Assembly (NCBI GenBank): GCA_048938855.1
Contig: JBHLLT010000010.1
Coordinates: forward strand, 32,001-96,000
Length of the DNA stretch: 64,000 bases
Origin: Promethearchaeota archaeon
GTDB taxonomy: Archaea; Asgardarchaeota; Lokiarchaeia; Sigyniarchaeales; SOKP01
Direction: 5' to 3'
The first letter of the stretch is position 1; every line of letters starts with the position of its first letter. Positions 1-9,824 of the stretch are shown piece by piece. The position numbers and the translations under genes are program-made. A model generated the notes under the pieces. That model was not told the DNA's origin and did not search any database. It was given only the letters and a program-made list of their open reading frames with translations.

Positions 1-90
1 ATGTGGTTGAAATTTTTCAGTGGTGTAGGAACACCAGAATGGATTGTGAGAAAAATCAGCCGCGGTGGAAAAAGGAAGAAAAAATTGTAA
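1..90 (+). CDS. Probable 3' end of a CDS entering from the left edge (…MWLKFFSGVGTPEWIVRKISRGGKRKKKL*), function unknown
   Basis: Open frame 1-90 ending in TAA, followed by an AT-rich intergenic region. Confidence 0.5.
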   Translation: MWLKFFSGVGTPEWIVRKISRGGKRKKKL

Positions 91-282
91 CGACAACTTC
101 TCTTTTTATAAAAAAATAATATCTATTAAGTTATCAATTGTTAGCTCTACTTGATGAACTCAAAATTCTTATAACACATTCTTTTAATAAGATTAGGCCC
201 CAATTTTTTCCATATCGTAAAGTAAATAATTTAAATATAAAAATCTCATTTAGAGGAACAAAAAATTAGGTAGAGTATATTA

Positions 283-310
283 TAAAGATATAAATATCTT
301 TAAAAGATAT
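283..310. promoter_or_regulatory. Overlapping inverted repeats (TAAAGATAT-AA-ATATCTTTA and ATATCTTT-A-AAAGATAT), candidate operator upstream of the Rab-like GTPase
   Basis: Perfect 9-bp and 8-bp arms read directly from the sequence, about 100 nt upstream of the ATG at 414. AT-rich context lowers significance. Confidence 0.35.
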
Positions 311-413
311 TATGAAATTATAAGCAAGCATTTTTATTCATAATTTTTAAAATTATATCACTTAATTTTCAAATAAGTACTCTAAATATTAATTTTACAA
401 TATGTGATTAATC

Positions 414-935
414 ATGAGCCAAGATCCTCAATATAGATTCAAAGTAACTCTTTTTGGGCCTGGTGGTGTAGGTAAAACATCTCTTCTATTGCGTTATATA
501 AAAGATTTTTTTAGTGACGATCTTAAAAAAACTATAGGAAGCAGTTTTCTTATTAAGGATGTAGAAATTGATGATAAAAGTATACGTCTGCTTTTATGGG
601 ATTTAGGTGGGCAACCTCAATTTCACAAACTCAGATCGATATATTTTAAAGGGAGTAATGCTAGCATTGGTGTTTTTGATTTGTCATCAAGTCAAACCCT
701 TCTAAAAATTCCTGGTTGGATAAGTACTATAAAAAAATCAGTATTAAAAACAATTCCTATGCTACTTATAGGTAATAAAGCTGATTTAGAACGAGATGTT
801 GATCGTGAAGAAGCAGAAGATTTAGCTAAAAGGTTAAATTGTGAATATATGGAAACTTCAGCAAAAACAGGAGAAAACGTGGAAAGTGCATTTGAAAAGA
901 TCGCAAAAGCGTGTCTTCAAGATTTAAGCGAATAA
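414..935 (+). CDS. Rab-like small GTPase (Ras superfamily)
   Basis: G1 GPGGVGKTS, G2 TIG, G3 WDLGGQ, G4 NKAD, G5 ETSAK; no C-terminal CAAX/CC tail. Confidence 0.92.
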   Translation: MSQDPQYRFKVTLFGPGGVGKTSLLLRYIKDFFSDDLKKTIGSSFLIKDVEIDDKSIRLLLWDLGGQPQFHKLRSIYFKGSNASIGVFDLSSSQTLLKIPGWISTIKKSVLKTIPMLLIGNKADLERDVDREEAEDLAKRLNCEYMETSAKTGENVESAFEKIAKACLQDLSE

Positions 936-950
936 GTAACTCTATACCCA

Positions 951-1574
951 CTAATCATTAATAATATTTAATTTTTTAAGTTCATTCAATAATTCTTCTG
1001 AATTGGTAAATTTTATACCATTTATTCCTAATTCTTTAGCAGATTTTACATTATTCAATCCATCGTCTATATAAACAATTTGTTTTGGTTTACAACCTGC
1101 CTTTTTGATGGCATACTCAAAAACTCTAGGGTTTGGTTTAATTAAATGAGTTTCATGGGATAAAATCAATTCATCAAACCAATCAATAAATTCCCATCCT
1201 TTCTGTAATATAAAATCCCAGTGACTAGAATTAACATTAGATAAAGCAATTAGCTTATACTGGTTTCTATCTTTTATTTTTCTAAGTAATTCCACAACTT
1301 TAGTATTATAACCAGATATAATACTATTAAAAGCATTAAAAAAATCAGTTTGATCTAACATACAAACTTGGAGGAGATCACAAGCAAGCTGATAAAATTC
1401 ATCATTAGTCATATCCCCTTGATGATACATATCAGATTGTCTAAAAAACTCTAACATGATAGGTGTTTGAGGTTTATTTAAAGGAGATTGAATAATTATA
1501 CTATTATAAAAGTTGGAAAAATCTAAATCTATAATAACGCCTCCTAAATCAAAAATAATAGCCTTAACTTTCAT
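951..1574 (-). CDS. HAD-superfamily phosphatase (YihX-like)
   Basis: FDLGGV motif I, LSN motif II, KP and YIDD motifs. Confidence 0.9.
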   Translation of the reverse strand: MKVKAIIFDLGGVIIDLDFSNFYNSIIIQSPLNKPQTPIMLEFFRQSDMYHQGDMTNDEFYQLACDLLQVCMLDQTDFFNAFNSIISGYNTKVVELLRKIKDRNQYKLIALSNVNSSHWDFILQKGWEFIDWFDELILSHETHLIKPNPRVFEYAIKKAGCKPKQIVYIDDGLNNVKSAKELGINGIKFTNSEELLNELKKLNIIND

Positions 1575-1651
1575 AACAATAAAAATAGATTCTTTATGCT
1601 TAAAATAACAGATCGCATATATATTTTTTTAAATAGATATTAAGAGTTGGC

Positions 1652-3712
1652 TTAATGTCTAAAATAAATTCTTGTCGAAATCTTCCTGAATGGTATTGGT
1701 AATTTATATTTTGGAAAATTTCTTGTATCATCTTCAAGTAAATCTAGTAAATGATCTAATTTCACATTATTTATCTGTTCTGAAGTTTGTTTTTTTAGTC
1801 CAAAAGGTTTACCTATTAGTCTTTTTCTAATTGATATTGTTTGATTCTCTTGTTCCTTTTTACCAATAATTATTGTATAGGGGATCCATTCAATTTCAGA
1901 CTGTCTTATCTTCTTTCCTACAGTTTCTTCTCTATCATCAAAATCTGCTCTAAACTCTTCTCCATTAATAATATTTAATAATTTTTCAGCATATTCATTT
2001 TGCTCATCGCTAACAGATATAATTCGGACTTGTATTGGAGATAACCATGTTTTAAATCCTGGAACTAATTTATGTTTATTTCGAATAGCAGATTCGATCA
2101 AACCCCATAATATTCTTTCTACTGCTCCAGTCGGAGAATTATGGAGAATTATTGGATATTTTACTATACCATCAGTATCAATAAAGGAAATATTATATTT
2201 TTCTCTTTTTATACCGTCATTGTCTACCATAAATTCTAATGAGCTTTCAACATCAATTTGATTGGTAGCTAAGGTAGCACTCCTGTTTTGATTAGATAAT
2301 ACATTTCTTTCAAATTTTAAAATATAGTAGTAATATCGTTGTTCCCATAATTCTAATAATGCAGGATATTTTTCTGTTCTTATTAAATTAATAATCCAGT
2401 CCTTATTTTCAGTATAAAATTCATTGGTTACTCGGAAAATAACAAAAGTTTTAATACCTAAGTCTTTTTCAAGTTCTCTAATTAATTCATATTGTTTGAT
2501 AAACTCATCTACGGAAGATTCAATATCTCTACAAAGCGTATGCATATCTGGCATGATAAAACCACGCAATCTTCTTAAACCTGATAGCTCACCTTCTTGT
2601 TCTCTTCGAAAATCATATTGTTCATATTCATATGCTCTTAATGGAAAATAATGAGGTTTTAAATTCATTTGGGAGAATAAATCAAATAAAAGAAAATCAC
2701 TAGCATATCTTAAGAGATACCTATCTTTGCCCGATTCAAGCCAATAACTTCTCGCGGGAAATCGAGCGGTTTGCGCAGTTAGTTTTTTCTTTTTAACAGT
2801 ATACATTATTGGAGTATCAATGAGTATTGCCCCATAATCAATTAATCTGTCTTCTATAAAATTTTTTATTAAGTTCTTCATAATCACTCCTTTTGTATAC
2901 CACCTTAAATTCCCTGCATCTGTATTGGGATCAAAATCTACTAATTCAAATTCTTTCATCATTTTTATATGAATTGGCTCAATAGCCTTATCTACTTTCC
3001 TTGAACCTAATTCAGATTTTAGAAATGAACGAAATTCTTGGTCCTTTATTTCTTTAGGAAATACCACTTCATTTTCATTAACAATATTTAGATCTAATTC
3101 TTTTCCCGATGTTGTAATAATCTTGAATACTGAATTTTTTATTTGTTCTTCTGGTTTTATTGCTAATTTTACATCTCTATACATTTCTGCCATTTCATGT
3201 CCTAAACAATTAATTTTAAATGATTTATACCATCCAAATGGAGAAAATTTAGCTTCTATTCCTCTGTCGTTTAAATTCTTTGCTATTTTTGGGCAAACTT
3301 CCATAGCATTTTGCTCGCTACTTAAAAATTTGCTTAAATGTGCCCAAGGATATACTAAGACTTTATCGATGTGGTAAAACTCACGATCTTTAATAAGTTC
3401 TACAATTTTTTTTGATTTTCCCTTTAATTCACCCTTCTCAATCTTCTGATTATACACTCTGATTTCTTCATTTCTTTCTCTAACTTTCTCTGGAAAACCA
3501 GTAATTTGTAATATTGCAGCTTCAATTTCCTCTGCTCCTTGTTTTGCTATTAAATTTGTATCATATGTATCTTGATCTTCGACAGAAATAAAACAAACGA
3601 GTATTAATCCTTCCATTTTTATTATTTCTTCTGAAAATTCCTGAGGATTACTGGTTGCTTCTTTATTCTTAACAACTTCAACATCTTGAGAGTGAATTAA
3701 TAATATTTTCAT
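1652..3712 (-). CDS. thrS: Threonyl-tRNA synthetase, archaeal type with N-terminal editing domain
   Basis: MKILLIHS start, YPWAHLS and PFGWYK editing motifs, FRREQ.GEL.GL.RLRGF.MPDMH, C-terminal anticodon-binding domain. Confidence 0.96.
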   Translation of the reverse strand: MKILLIHSQDVEVVKNKEATSNPQEFSEEIIKMEGLILVCFISVEDQDTYDTNLIAKQGAEEIEAAILQITGFPEKVRERNEEIRVYNQKIEKGELKGKSKKIVELIKDREFYHIDKVLVYPWAHLSKFLSSEQNAMEVCPKIAKNLNDRGIEAKFSPFGWYKSFKINCLGHEMAEMYRDVKLAIKPEEQIKNSVFKIITTSGKELDLNIVNENEVVFPKEIKDQEFRSFLKSELGSRKVDKAIEPIHIKMMKEFELVDFDPNTDAGNLRWYTKGVIMKNLIKNFIEDRLIDYGAILIDTPIMYTVKKKKLTAQTARFPARSYWLESGKDRYLLRYASDFLLFDLFSQMNLKPHYFPLRAYEYEQYDFRREQEGELSGLRRLRGFIMPDMHTLCRDIESSVDEFIKQYELIRELEKDLGIKTFVIFRVTNEFYTENKDWIINLIRTEKYPALLELWEQRYYYYILKFERNVLSNQNRSATLATNQIDVESSLEFMVDNDGIKREKYNISFIDTDGIVKYPIILHNSPTGAVERILWGLIESAIRNKHKLVPGFKTWLSPIQVRIISVSDEQNEYAEKLLNIINGEEFRADFDDREETVGKKIRQSEIEWIPYTIIIGKKEQENQTISIRKRLIGKPFGLKKQTSEQINNVKLDHLLDLLEDDTRNFPKYKLPIPFRKISTRIYFRH

Positions 3713-3837
3713 GATAGATCTTTACATTAGCCTTTTAATTTGTATGATATAATAAATTCTAAATATTTTTCTTACTTTTGATAAATAATTATATTCAAAA
3801 TTCAAATTAATTATTATTGAAATTAAATTCTATTATT

Positions 3838-4449
3838 ATGAATCTTAAAAAAGCTTTTTCAGACATAAGTGAGTTATTAGAGATATTATATCATGATAGG
3901 GAAGAGATTTTAAAATTATCTCGAGACATAATTAGAGATTGTAGTATTGCTATAAAAAATGTTCATAGAAAAGAATTTGATAACTTCAATGAACGATTAA
4001 ATTTAATTAAGAGTAAACATCAAGATTTAGTTATATTAGTTAATAAAAACCCTGGAATTTTCTTCAAATATTTGCAAACTCCAGAACAAGAATTTGCTGA
4101 ATCTCGTGTATTTTATTCAATTATTCGAAAGGAAGAGATTCCGTCACCTTCTGATTTAAATATTAATCCTTTAAATTATCTATTAGGGTTAGCTGATGTT
4201 GTCGGAGAATTAAGAAGGTATGCATTAGACAATATAAGAAATTCTCGTGTTGAAGATTTAAATATTATACTAGAAGATATGGATGAGATCTATACAAATT
4301 TGTTTACACTTGATTACCCTACAGGTATAACTCAAGATTTAAGACATAAGGTAGATGTTGCGAGAAATCTAATTGAAAAAACAAGAGGTGATATTTCTCT
4401 CGCAATACAAATGGATGAAGTGAAAAGATGTTTTGAAAACAATATCTAA
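3838..4449 (+). CDS. Translin/TRAX (C3PO-like) family protein
   Basis: REEILKLSRDIIR, QEFAE, YLLGLADVVGELRR, LRHKVD motifs; ATG at 3838 preferred to TTG at 3817. Confidence 0.88.
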   Translation: MNLKKAFSDISELLEILYHDREEILKLSRDIIRDCSIAIKNVHRKEFDNFNERLNLIKSKHQDLVILVNKNPGIFFKYLQTPEQEFAESRVFYSIIRKEEIPSPSDLNINPLNYLLGLADVVGELRRYALDNIRNSRVEDLNIILEDMDEIYTNLFTLDYPTGITQDLRHKVDVARNLIEKTRGDISLAIQMDEVKRCFENNI

Positions 4450-4486
4450 TACCGAATTACCGTATTTAGAATATAAGGAATTAAAG

Positions 4487-4942
4487 ATGAATAATCCAAA
4501 AAAAAAAGTATTAGTTGCTGGTACATTCGATCTTATTCATGCAGGACATATTTATCTTATTAATGAGGCAGCAAAACTAGGTGATGTATTTGTAGTTGTT
4601 GCTACAGATAAAAATCGAGAAATATTTTCGGGTCAACGTCCAATTATTCCTCAAGAACATAGATTAGAGATAATAAGGAATTTGAAACATGTAAAAGATG
4701 CTCGATTAGGAAGAAGTGATAATGATACGCTCAAAACGGTTGAAGAAATCAACCCTGATATTATTCTTTTAGGACCAGATCAAAAATATAGTATTGAAAC
4801 ACTAAAAAAAGGTCTAGCAGAAAAAGGATTAAGTCATATCGAGATTAGAAGACTTGAAAAATATTATGATAAATATGAATTACATAGTTCTAGTTTAATT
4901 AAACAAAAAATTATTGAAAAGAGTAAAGAGAATAAGAAATAG
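4487..4942 (+). CDS. ribL: FAD synthetase (cytidylyltransferase family)
   Basis: GTFDLIHAGH motif, LGPDQ, SSS motif; adjacent to ribK. Confidence 0.85.
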   Translation: MNNPKKKVLVAGTFDLIHAGHIYLINEAAKLGDVFVVVATDKNREIFSGQRPIIPQEHRLEIIRNLKHVKDARLGRSDNDTLKTVEEINPDIILLGPDQKYSIETLKKGLAEKGLSHIEIRRLEKYYDKYELHSSSLIKQKIIEKSKENKK

Positions 4943-4952
4943 ACCACATATT

Positions 4953-5681
4953 ATGGAAGTTAAAGATATTATTTCATCAGAGAATTATGCAAATTGGTTT
5001 GCACTTTATAAACTTTGTCAAATTATTGGAAGTCGGAAATCCATTCATATAAATAGTGTTGAATTTGGGAAGATCCTTAACATATCTCAGCAAACAGCGT
5101 CCAGAAGAATAAGCCAATTAGAGGAAATAGGTTGGATCCAAAGAAAAATTTCGGGAAAAGAACAAATTATCAGAATCACAAAGAAAGGTGCTGATGTTAT
5201 GCTTGCAATGTATAAAGACCTAAAGCAAATCCTTGAAGATATCTTAATAGTGGGAGAAGTTACTGAAGGTATGGGAGAGGGAGGTTATTATGTTAGAATT
5301 AAAGAGTATTATGAGCAATTTAAAAAAAAATTAGGATTTACTCCATATTATGGAACATTAAATCTACAATTAAGTGATCTTAACAAAGAATTATTGGATG
5401 AAAATTTAAAAACTCGAATGCCTATTAGAATAATTGGATTTGAAAAAGAGGAAGAAGATGAAGGAGGCTTAGTAAAACGGACATATGGATCAGTAGATTG
5501 TTACAGTTGCATTATTTCTCGTCTTGATGATCAGGACATTAAAATAGATGCTGCTATACTAAAAATTAAAAGAACCCACCATAAAAAAAATATTGTAGAA
5601 ATACTAGCTTCTCCATTTTTAAGAGATAAACTTGCTTTAAAAGATGGTGAAAGAATAAGAATCGAGTTTTCTAAGGAATAA
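4953..5681 (+). CDS. ribK: CTP-dependent riboflavin kinase with N-terminal winged HTH
   Basis: SQQTASRR HTH, G.GEGGYY, PYYGTLN, RTHH, LRDKL.LKDG. Confidence 0.93.
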   Translation: MEVKDIISSENYANWFALYKLCQIIGSRKSIHINSVEFGKILNISQQTASRRISQLEEIGWIQRKISGKEQIIRITKKGADVMLAMYKDLKQILEDILIVGEVTEGMGEGGYYVRIKEYYEQFKKKLGFTPYYGTLNLQLSDLNKELLDENLKTRMPIRIIGFEKEEEDEGGLVKRTYGSVDCYSCIISRLDDQDIKIDAAILKIKRTHHKKNIVEILASPFLRDKLALKDGERIRIEFSKE

Positions 5682-5707
5682 GCCTATAAATTATTTCTAC
5701 CTCATAA

Positions 5708-6325
5708 TCAATTATTTTTCTTTTTAATTGCATAAAAAATCTTTACCAATCTAAAAGTATATGTTCCTAAAACGAGGAACATAAAGATAAATAAAAATAG
5801 ATTTAATAAATTGCAAAAATAACTGATTACAGAGATTACTACAAGGTAAAATAATCTTTCTGATCTTGCCATGAGTCCAATATCGAAATCCCCTTTAAAA
5901 AACACTTCAGCTCTAGCTCTTGTATAACTGATCATAATAGAAGCGGAGAAGGATATTAAAATAATTAGTTTCATATCAAAAAAATTCCAAAGTAATTGAT
6001 CTTTTGAGTAAAAGTACAAGCCCAAGAAAATAAAAAATTCAGAAATCCTATCCATAAATGAATCAAAAAATCCCCCAAATTTTGATGTATTGTTAGTTAA
6101 TCGAGCGATTGTTCCATCACATCCATCCATAATTCCTGTAATAAATACAAAAATAGAAAAATATAGAAGACTTCGAAAAAAACCTAGGGTAACAAAACTT
6201 ATTATAGAAAAACAAAGCATAATCACTGTGGCGAAATTCGGTGTGATCCCTATTCTGATAAAACCTTTTGAGATTAGTCTAACAAGTGGTTTAAAAAGAT
6301 ATCTAAGTCTAAATTTTGAAGGCAT
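5708..6325 (-). CDS. CDP-alcohol phosphatidyltransferase (archaetidylinositol phosphate synthase-like)
   Basis: TPN motif, DGCDGTIAR...G.FFDSFMDR signature, SYTRARAE. Confidence 0.9.
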   Translation of the reverse strand: MPSKFRLRYLFKPLVRLISKGFIRIGITPNFATVIMLCFSIISFVTLGFFRSLLYFSIFVFITGIMDGCDGTIARLTNNTSKFGGFFDSFMDRISEFFIFLGLYFYSKDQLLWNFFDMKLIILISFSASIMISYTRARAEVFFKGDFDIGLMARSERLFYLVVISVISYFCNLLNLFLFIFMFLVLGTYTFRLVKIFYAIKKKNN

Positions 6326-6449
6326 TTTTTAAATAGTTTTATAGGATAAGTTAAAATATATTTCACATTATAAAATAACATAGTTTTTTTATTTTAGATA
6401 TATTAAATGCATATATTAACAATTTAAACAATAAGGAGATCGAAAGACT

Positions 6450-6755
6450 ATGAAATTACGGTTGGTTTTACAGACAAGGACAAGAAAAGATAAAAACATA
6501 ATATTAAAATTTCCGATATCGCCAAGTAAACATATTGGTTTTATTAATTTTATAAATTTGGCATTAAAACAAGATATACCAATAGAATTATCCTTTGAAA
6601 AGATATCAAAAACTGGTGAACGGGAGGAAAGTAAGATTGTTGGGCAATTTAAACTAAAAGGAAAAGCTGATTCACAGTTATATGCATTAGAAGAGGAAAT
6701 TCAAGATGCAGAACGTAAAAGAAAAAAAATTCAGCAAAAGAGAAAATTACCTTAA
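6450..6755 (+). CDS. Small basic hypothetical protein
   Basis: 101-aa ORF with AGGAG upstream. Confidence 0.75.
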   Translation: MKLRLVLQTRTRKDKNIILKFPISPSKHIGFINFINLALKQDIPIELSFEKISKTGEREESKIVGQFKLKGKADSQLYALEEEIQDAERKRKKIQQKRKLP

Positions 6756-6780
6756 GAAATTGTTAACTCAAGTAAATATA

Positions 6781-8892
6781 TTAATTAATTTTTCTATAAT
6801 CAAACTCCCAAGTCTTTTTGACATAGAGTGAATCATTTATTGTATCATAGATAATTGCTCTTTCACTTAATCCCCCAATATCTTCAGCTTCTACTTCAAT
6901 TTGATGTTTATTTAATTGATCTTTAACAGCATCAATATTTTCTTGATATGTCATATCATAATCTAAAAATAATTTTGCTCCTCCAATAACTAATGCTCTA
7001 ATATTTGAATTTTTTCCTCCATGAAATATGATATTATTATACAAGTCTTTAACTCCTGTATCAATAAATGTATGAGGGAAAAGGAAGTGATAACCTTGTT
7101 TTGAAGCTGATGAAGAAGGTAACGACATATTGGATATAGCAAAAATGTTATTCACAGGATCCTTAAGTATTATACAAATTCCTGATCCTAAACCTTTTAT
7201 GACAAATTTTGTTGCAAGGTCATTTTTATCAAATGAATTGATTAATCCATAGTATCCCATGGGAATATTTAGTTCCCTTTTATCGTTTGGTTTATCTATA
7301 CGATCCATACGTTTTTCATCAAAAATATTGAAACTTTCTTCTGTTTCATTGCCATCTTTTGAAAATTCTTTCATTTGAACTTCATTTATCAAAAATTGTC
7401 GAGTATAATCTCCAGCTTTTATTATTCGGTGTTCAAATTGTTTTTCCTTTTGTTCTATTAATCTCTCTCTTTGATCTACTCGTTTTGTGAGCCGTTCTAA
7501 AATTTCTATGCGATCTTTAACTTCTTCTTCTTTCTCTTTAAGTTCTTTAATCAAATCATTTAATTTCTTTCTCTTTCTTTCAATTTTATTATATTTTTCA
7601 TCAATATATGTAATTCTCTCTTCGATTGCTTTTTCACGTTGCTCTAAAAGCAACTCACGTTGCCGTAACTTTTTGTCCCATTGTTTTAATGAAGATATTT
7701 TTGATTCGTTTTTATTATCATTCATTGATTCTTTTAATTGATTTTTATGATGTTTAAAACCATATCGATTTATTCCGTTATTAATGTCGATGCTAGTAAT
7801 CTTTACTTCTGTTTCTATATTCTCAAGTTTATTCAAATCATTGATATTTATTTCAGGTTTAGAAGTGTTTTTCTTAATTTTTATTTTAGTGTCATTTGAT
7901 ATACTATTAGATTTTGCTTTTATTTTTGGTTGATTATATTTACTATTAACAACTTCACTTATTCTACACATTGACTTTGTTTTAATTGGCTTAATAATCT
8001 CAATTTCAGAATATTTATAGTTTTTAAATAGATTAGAAATTTCATTTTTGAAATTAGCAGTGTGAGAAGAAAAGTTTTTTATATAAAAACGATCTCGCAT
8101 ATTAATTGACTTAAAATTAGTAATTTTAAGAGGAAGGGTCTCAGAGCCTCCTAATATTAGTAAACCTCCATCATAAAGCCGTGATTCTATCGTTTGTAAA
8201 AGTTTTTCTCTTGCAAATTGATTTATATAAATAAAAAAATTCCTGCAAAAGATAATATCATATTTTCCTTTTTTTTGATGTCCCTTTGTAATGTCTTCCT
8301 GAATAAATTCAACCTTACTTTTAATATCTTCTGAAAGATTAAACCTTGGACCAAAATCAGTGTCTTCTTTTGAAAAATAAGCTTTTAAATATATGTCTGG
8401 AGTTTCATGTACTGGATAATCTCCATAAACACCTTCTTTTGCAATTTTAAGAGCTGCTGGATCAATATCTGATGCTATTATTTCAAAGTCAGGGAAATTT
8501 TTATCAGCCTTCTTCAATCGGTCCAAGATCATTGCAATAGAATAGGGTTCATCTCCAGTAGCACATGGTGCTGACCATATTCGAATAATCCTATTTGAGT
8601 ATTTAACATAGGATTTGATAAAATTCTCAAAATTTTTGAAAGCCTTATAATTTCTGAAGAAGTAAGTATAGTTAATAGTGAATTTATCCAAAAAAAGGTC
8701 AATTTCAATAGGATTTTCACGAATATATTTTATATAATCTTGATAGTAATTTAGATTTAAGTTTTTCATCCTAAAATCGATACGTTTTTCAAGAAATTTT
8801 CTCTGATAATGTTCAAATTTCATTCCTGTTACAGTTCTTAACTCCTCTATAAGAGCATCTATGGATGAAGGATTAATTGATGATACGGAAAT
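6781..8892 (-). CDS. CheR-type methyltransferase – coiled coil – CheD-like fusion protein; probable ATT start at 8892 (first ATG at 8823)
   Basis: CheR motifs TINYTYFFR, RIWSAPCATGDEPYSIA, DID, DIIFCRN; C-terminal CheD-like LGSG/DP/LP/GGAK/EDIGG; upstream in-frame extension IDALIEELRTVTGM resembles the CheR N-terminal helix. Confidence 0.88.
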   Translation of the reverse strand: MSVSSINPSSIDALIEELRTVTGMKFEHYQRKFLEKRIDFRMKNLNLNYYQDYIKYIRENPIEIDLFLDKFTINYTYFFRNYKAFKNFENFIKSYVKYSNRIIRIWSAPCATGDEPYSIAMILDRLKKADKNFPDFEIIASDIDPAALKIAKEGVYGDYPVHETPDIYLKAYFSKEDTDFGPRFNLSEDIKSKVEFIQEDITKGHQKKGKYDIIFCRNFFIYINQFAREKLLQTIESRLYDGGLLILGGSETLPLKITNFKSINMRDRFYIKNFSSHTANFKNEISNLFKNYKYSEIEIIKPIKTKSMCRISEVVNSKYNQPKIKAKSNSISNDTKIKIKKNTSKPEININDLNKLENIETEVKITSIDINNGINRYGFKHHKNQLKESMNDNKNESKISSLKQWDKKLRQRELLLEQREKAIEERITYIDEKYNKIERKRKKLNDLIKELKEKEEEVKDRIEILERLTKRVDQRERLIEQKEKQFEHRIIKAGDYTRQFLINEVQMKEFSKDGNETEESFNIFDEKRMDRIDKPNDKRELNIPMGYYGLINSFDKNDLATKFVIKGLGSGICIILKDPVNNIFAISNMSLPSSSASKQGYHFLFPHTFIDTGVKDLYNNIIFHGGKNSNIRALVIGGAKLFLDYDMTYQENIDAVKDQLNKHQIEVEAEDIGGLSERAIIYDTINDSLYVKKTWEFDYRKIN

Positions 8893-9074
8893 TTTTTACA
8901 CCAAAACGCCTGCTATTAAGATTTTTTACTCTATTACCATAAAAATGTAATATTATTAATATTTTAGGGAAGAGAAATTTGTGATTGAGGGCGTAACAAA
9001 ACAGAACAACAGATTTTGTGGTAAAAAAATTTTAAGTATTAATTTTTTGAATCGTTGTAATAAAATCATAAAGA

Positions 9075-9824
9075 TTAATTTAGAGAGATGAAACCTAGTT
9101 TAATGAGATTTTTACATATATTATATACTTGATTTTGTTGTATATTTAGACTACCGGATATTTGAGTTATCGATTTTCTTCCATCTATTTGATCATAAAC
9201 CTTAAATGAATTTTCTCCTGTTAAATAATATCTCGGATTTATTTTTTTAGCAGTAGTGAAAATGGGTACATAATTATAATATTCAGGAGTTATTTCTACT
9301 GACTCCGATTCAATTAGTTTTTTTTGAATTTCAACTGGTTCGCGTTCAAAACTTCTTATCCAATCAACAACTTGATCATTATATTGAGCTTGCTCGTATT
9401 TTTGCTCCTCTTCAATAATACGTTCAATAACAGCATGGAATGATTCAAAACTGTTTAATCTTCCATTCCACTTTAAAATTTGATCGATCTCAAATTCTTT
9501 TAAAAATAAATCAGAAATTTTTTTTAAAATCTCTTGCACATCATTATGATTAGATTTTTTATCATATGTAGCAAGATAAATTAAATCAGGAATGATCTTG
9601 TCTTTTAAAAAAGAAAGCTTTAAATTATTATTCGAAAGTTTTAATTCACTTATTGTTCCTAAATCCTCAAATGAATCAGAAAATGAATTTAATGCTGAAA
9701 AAAACCCCGATACCATTATTAAATCATCTATTTCTGAAAATACATTTTTAATATTAGTTGAATTACACAAACTCTTAGATAATAGTGGTAATCCATCTTT
9801 TATAATCAGTACGTCGCAAATCAT
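9075..9824 (-). CDS. Longin-domain protein with C-terminal NPRL2-like winged-helix region
   Basis: N-terminal IIKDGLPL...SGFFSALNSF longin pattern; C-terminal VPIF...IDG..SI..I...L.......ICKNL...G. Confidence 0.72.
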   Translation of the reverse strand: MICDVLIIKDGLPLLSKSLCNSTNIKNVFSEIDDLIMVSGFFSALNSFSDSFEDLGTISELKLSNNNLKLSFLKDKIIPDLIYLATYDKKSNHNDVQEILKKISDLFLKEFEIDQILKWNGRLNSFESFHAVIERIIEEEQKYEQAQYNDQVVDWIRSFEREPVEIQKKLIESESVEITPEYYNYVPIFTTAKKINPRYYLTGENSFKVYDQIDGRKSITQISGSLNIQQNQVYNICKNLIKLGFISLN

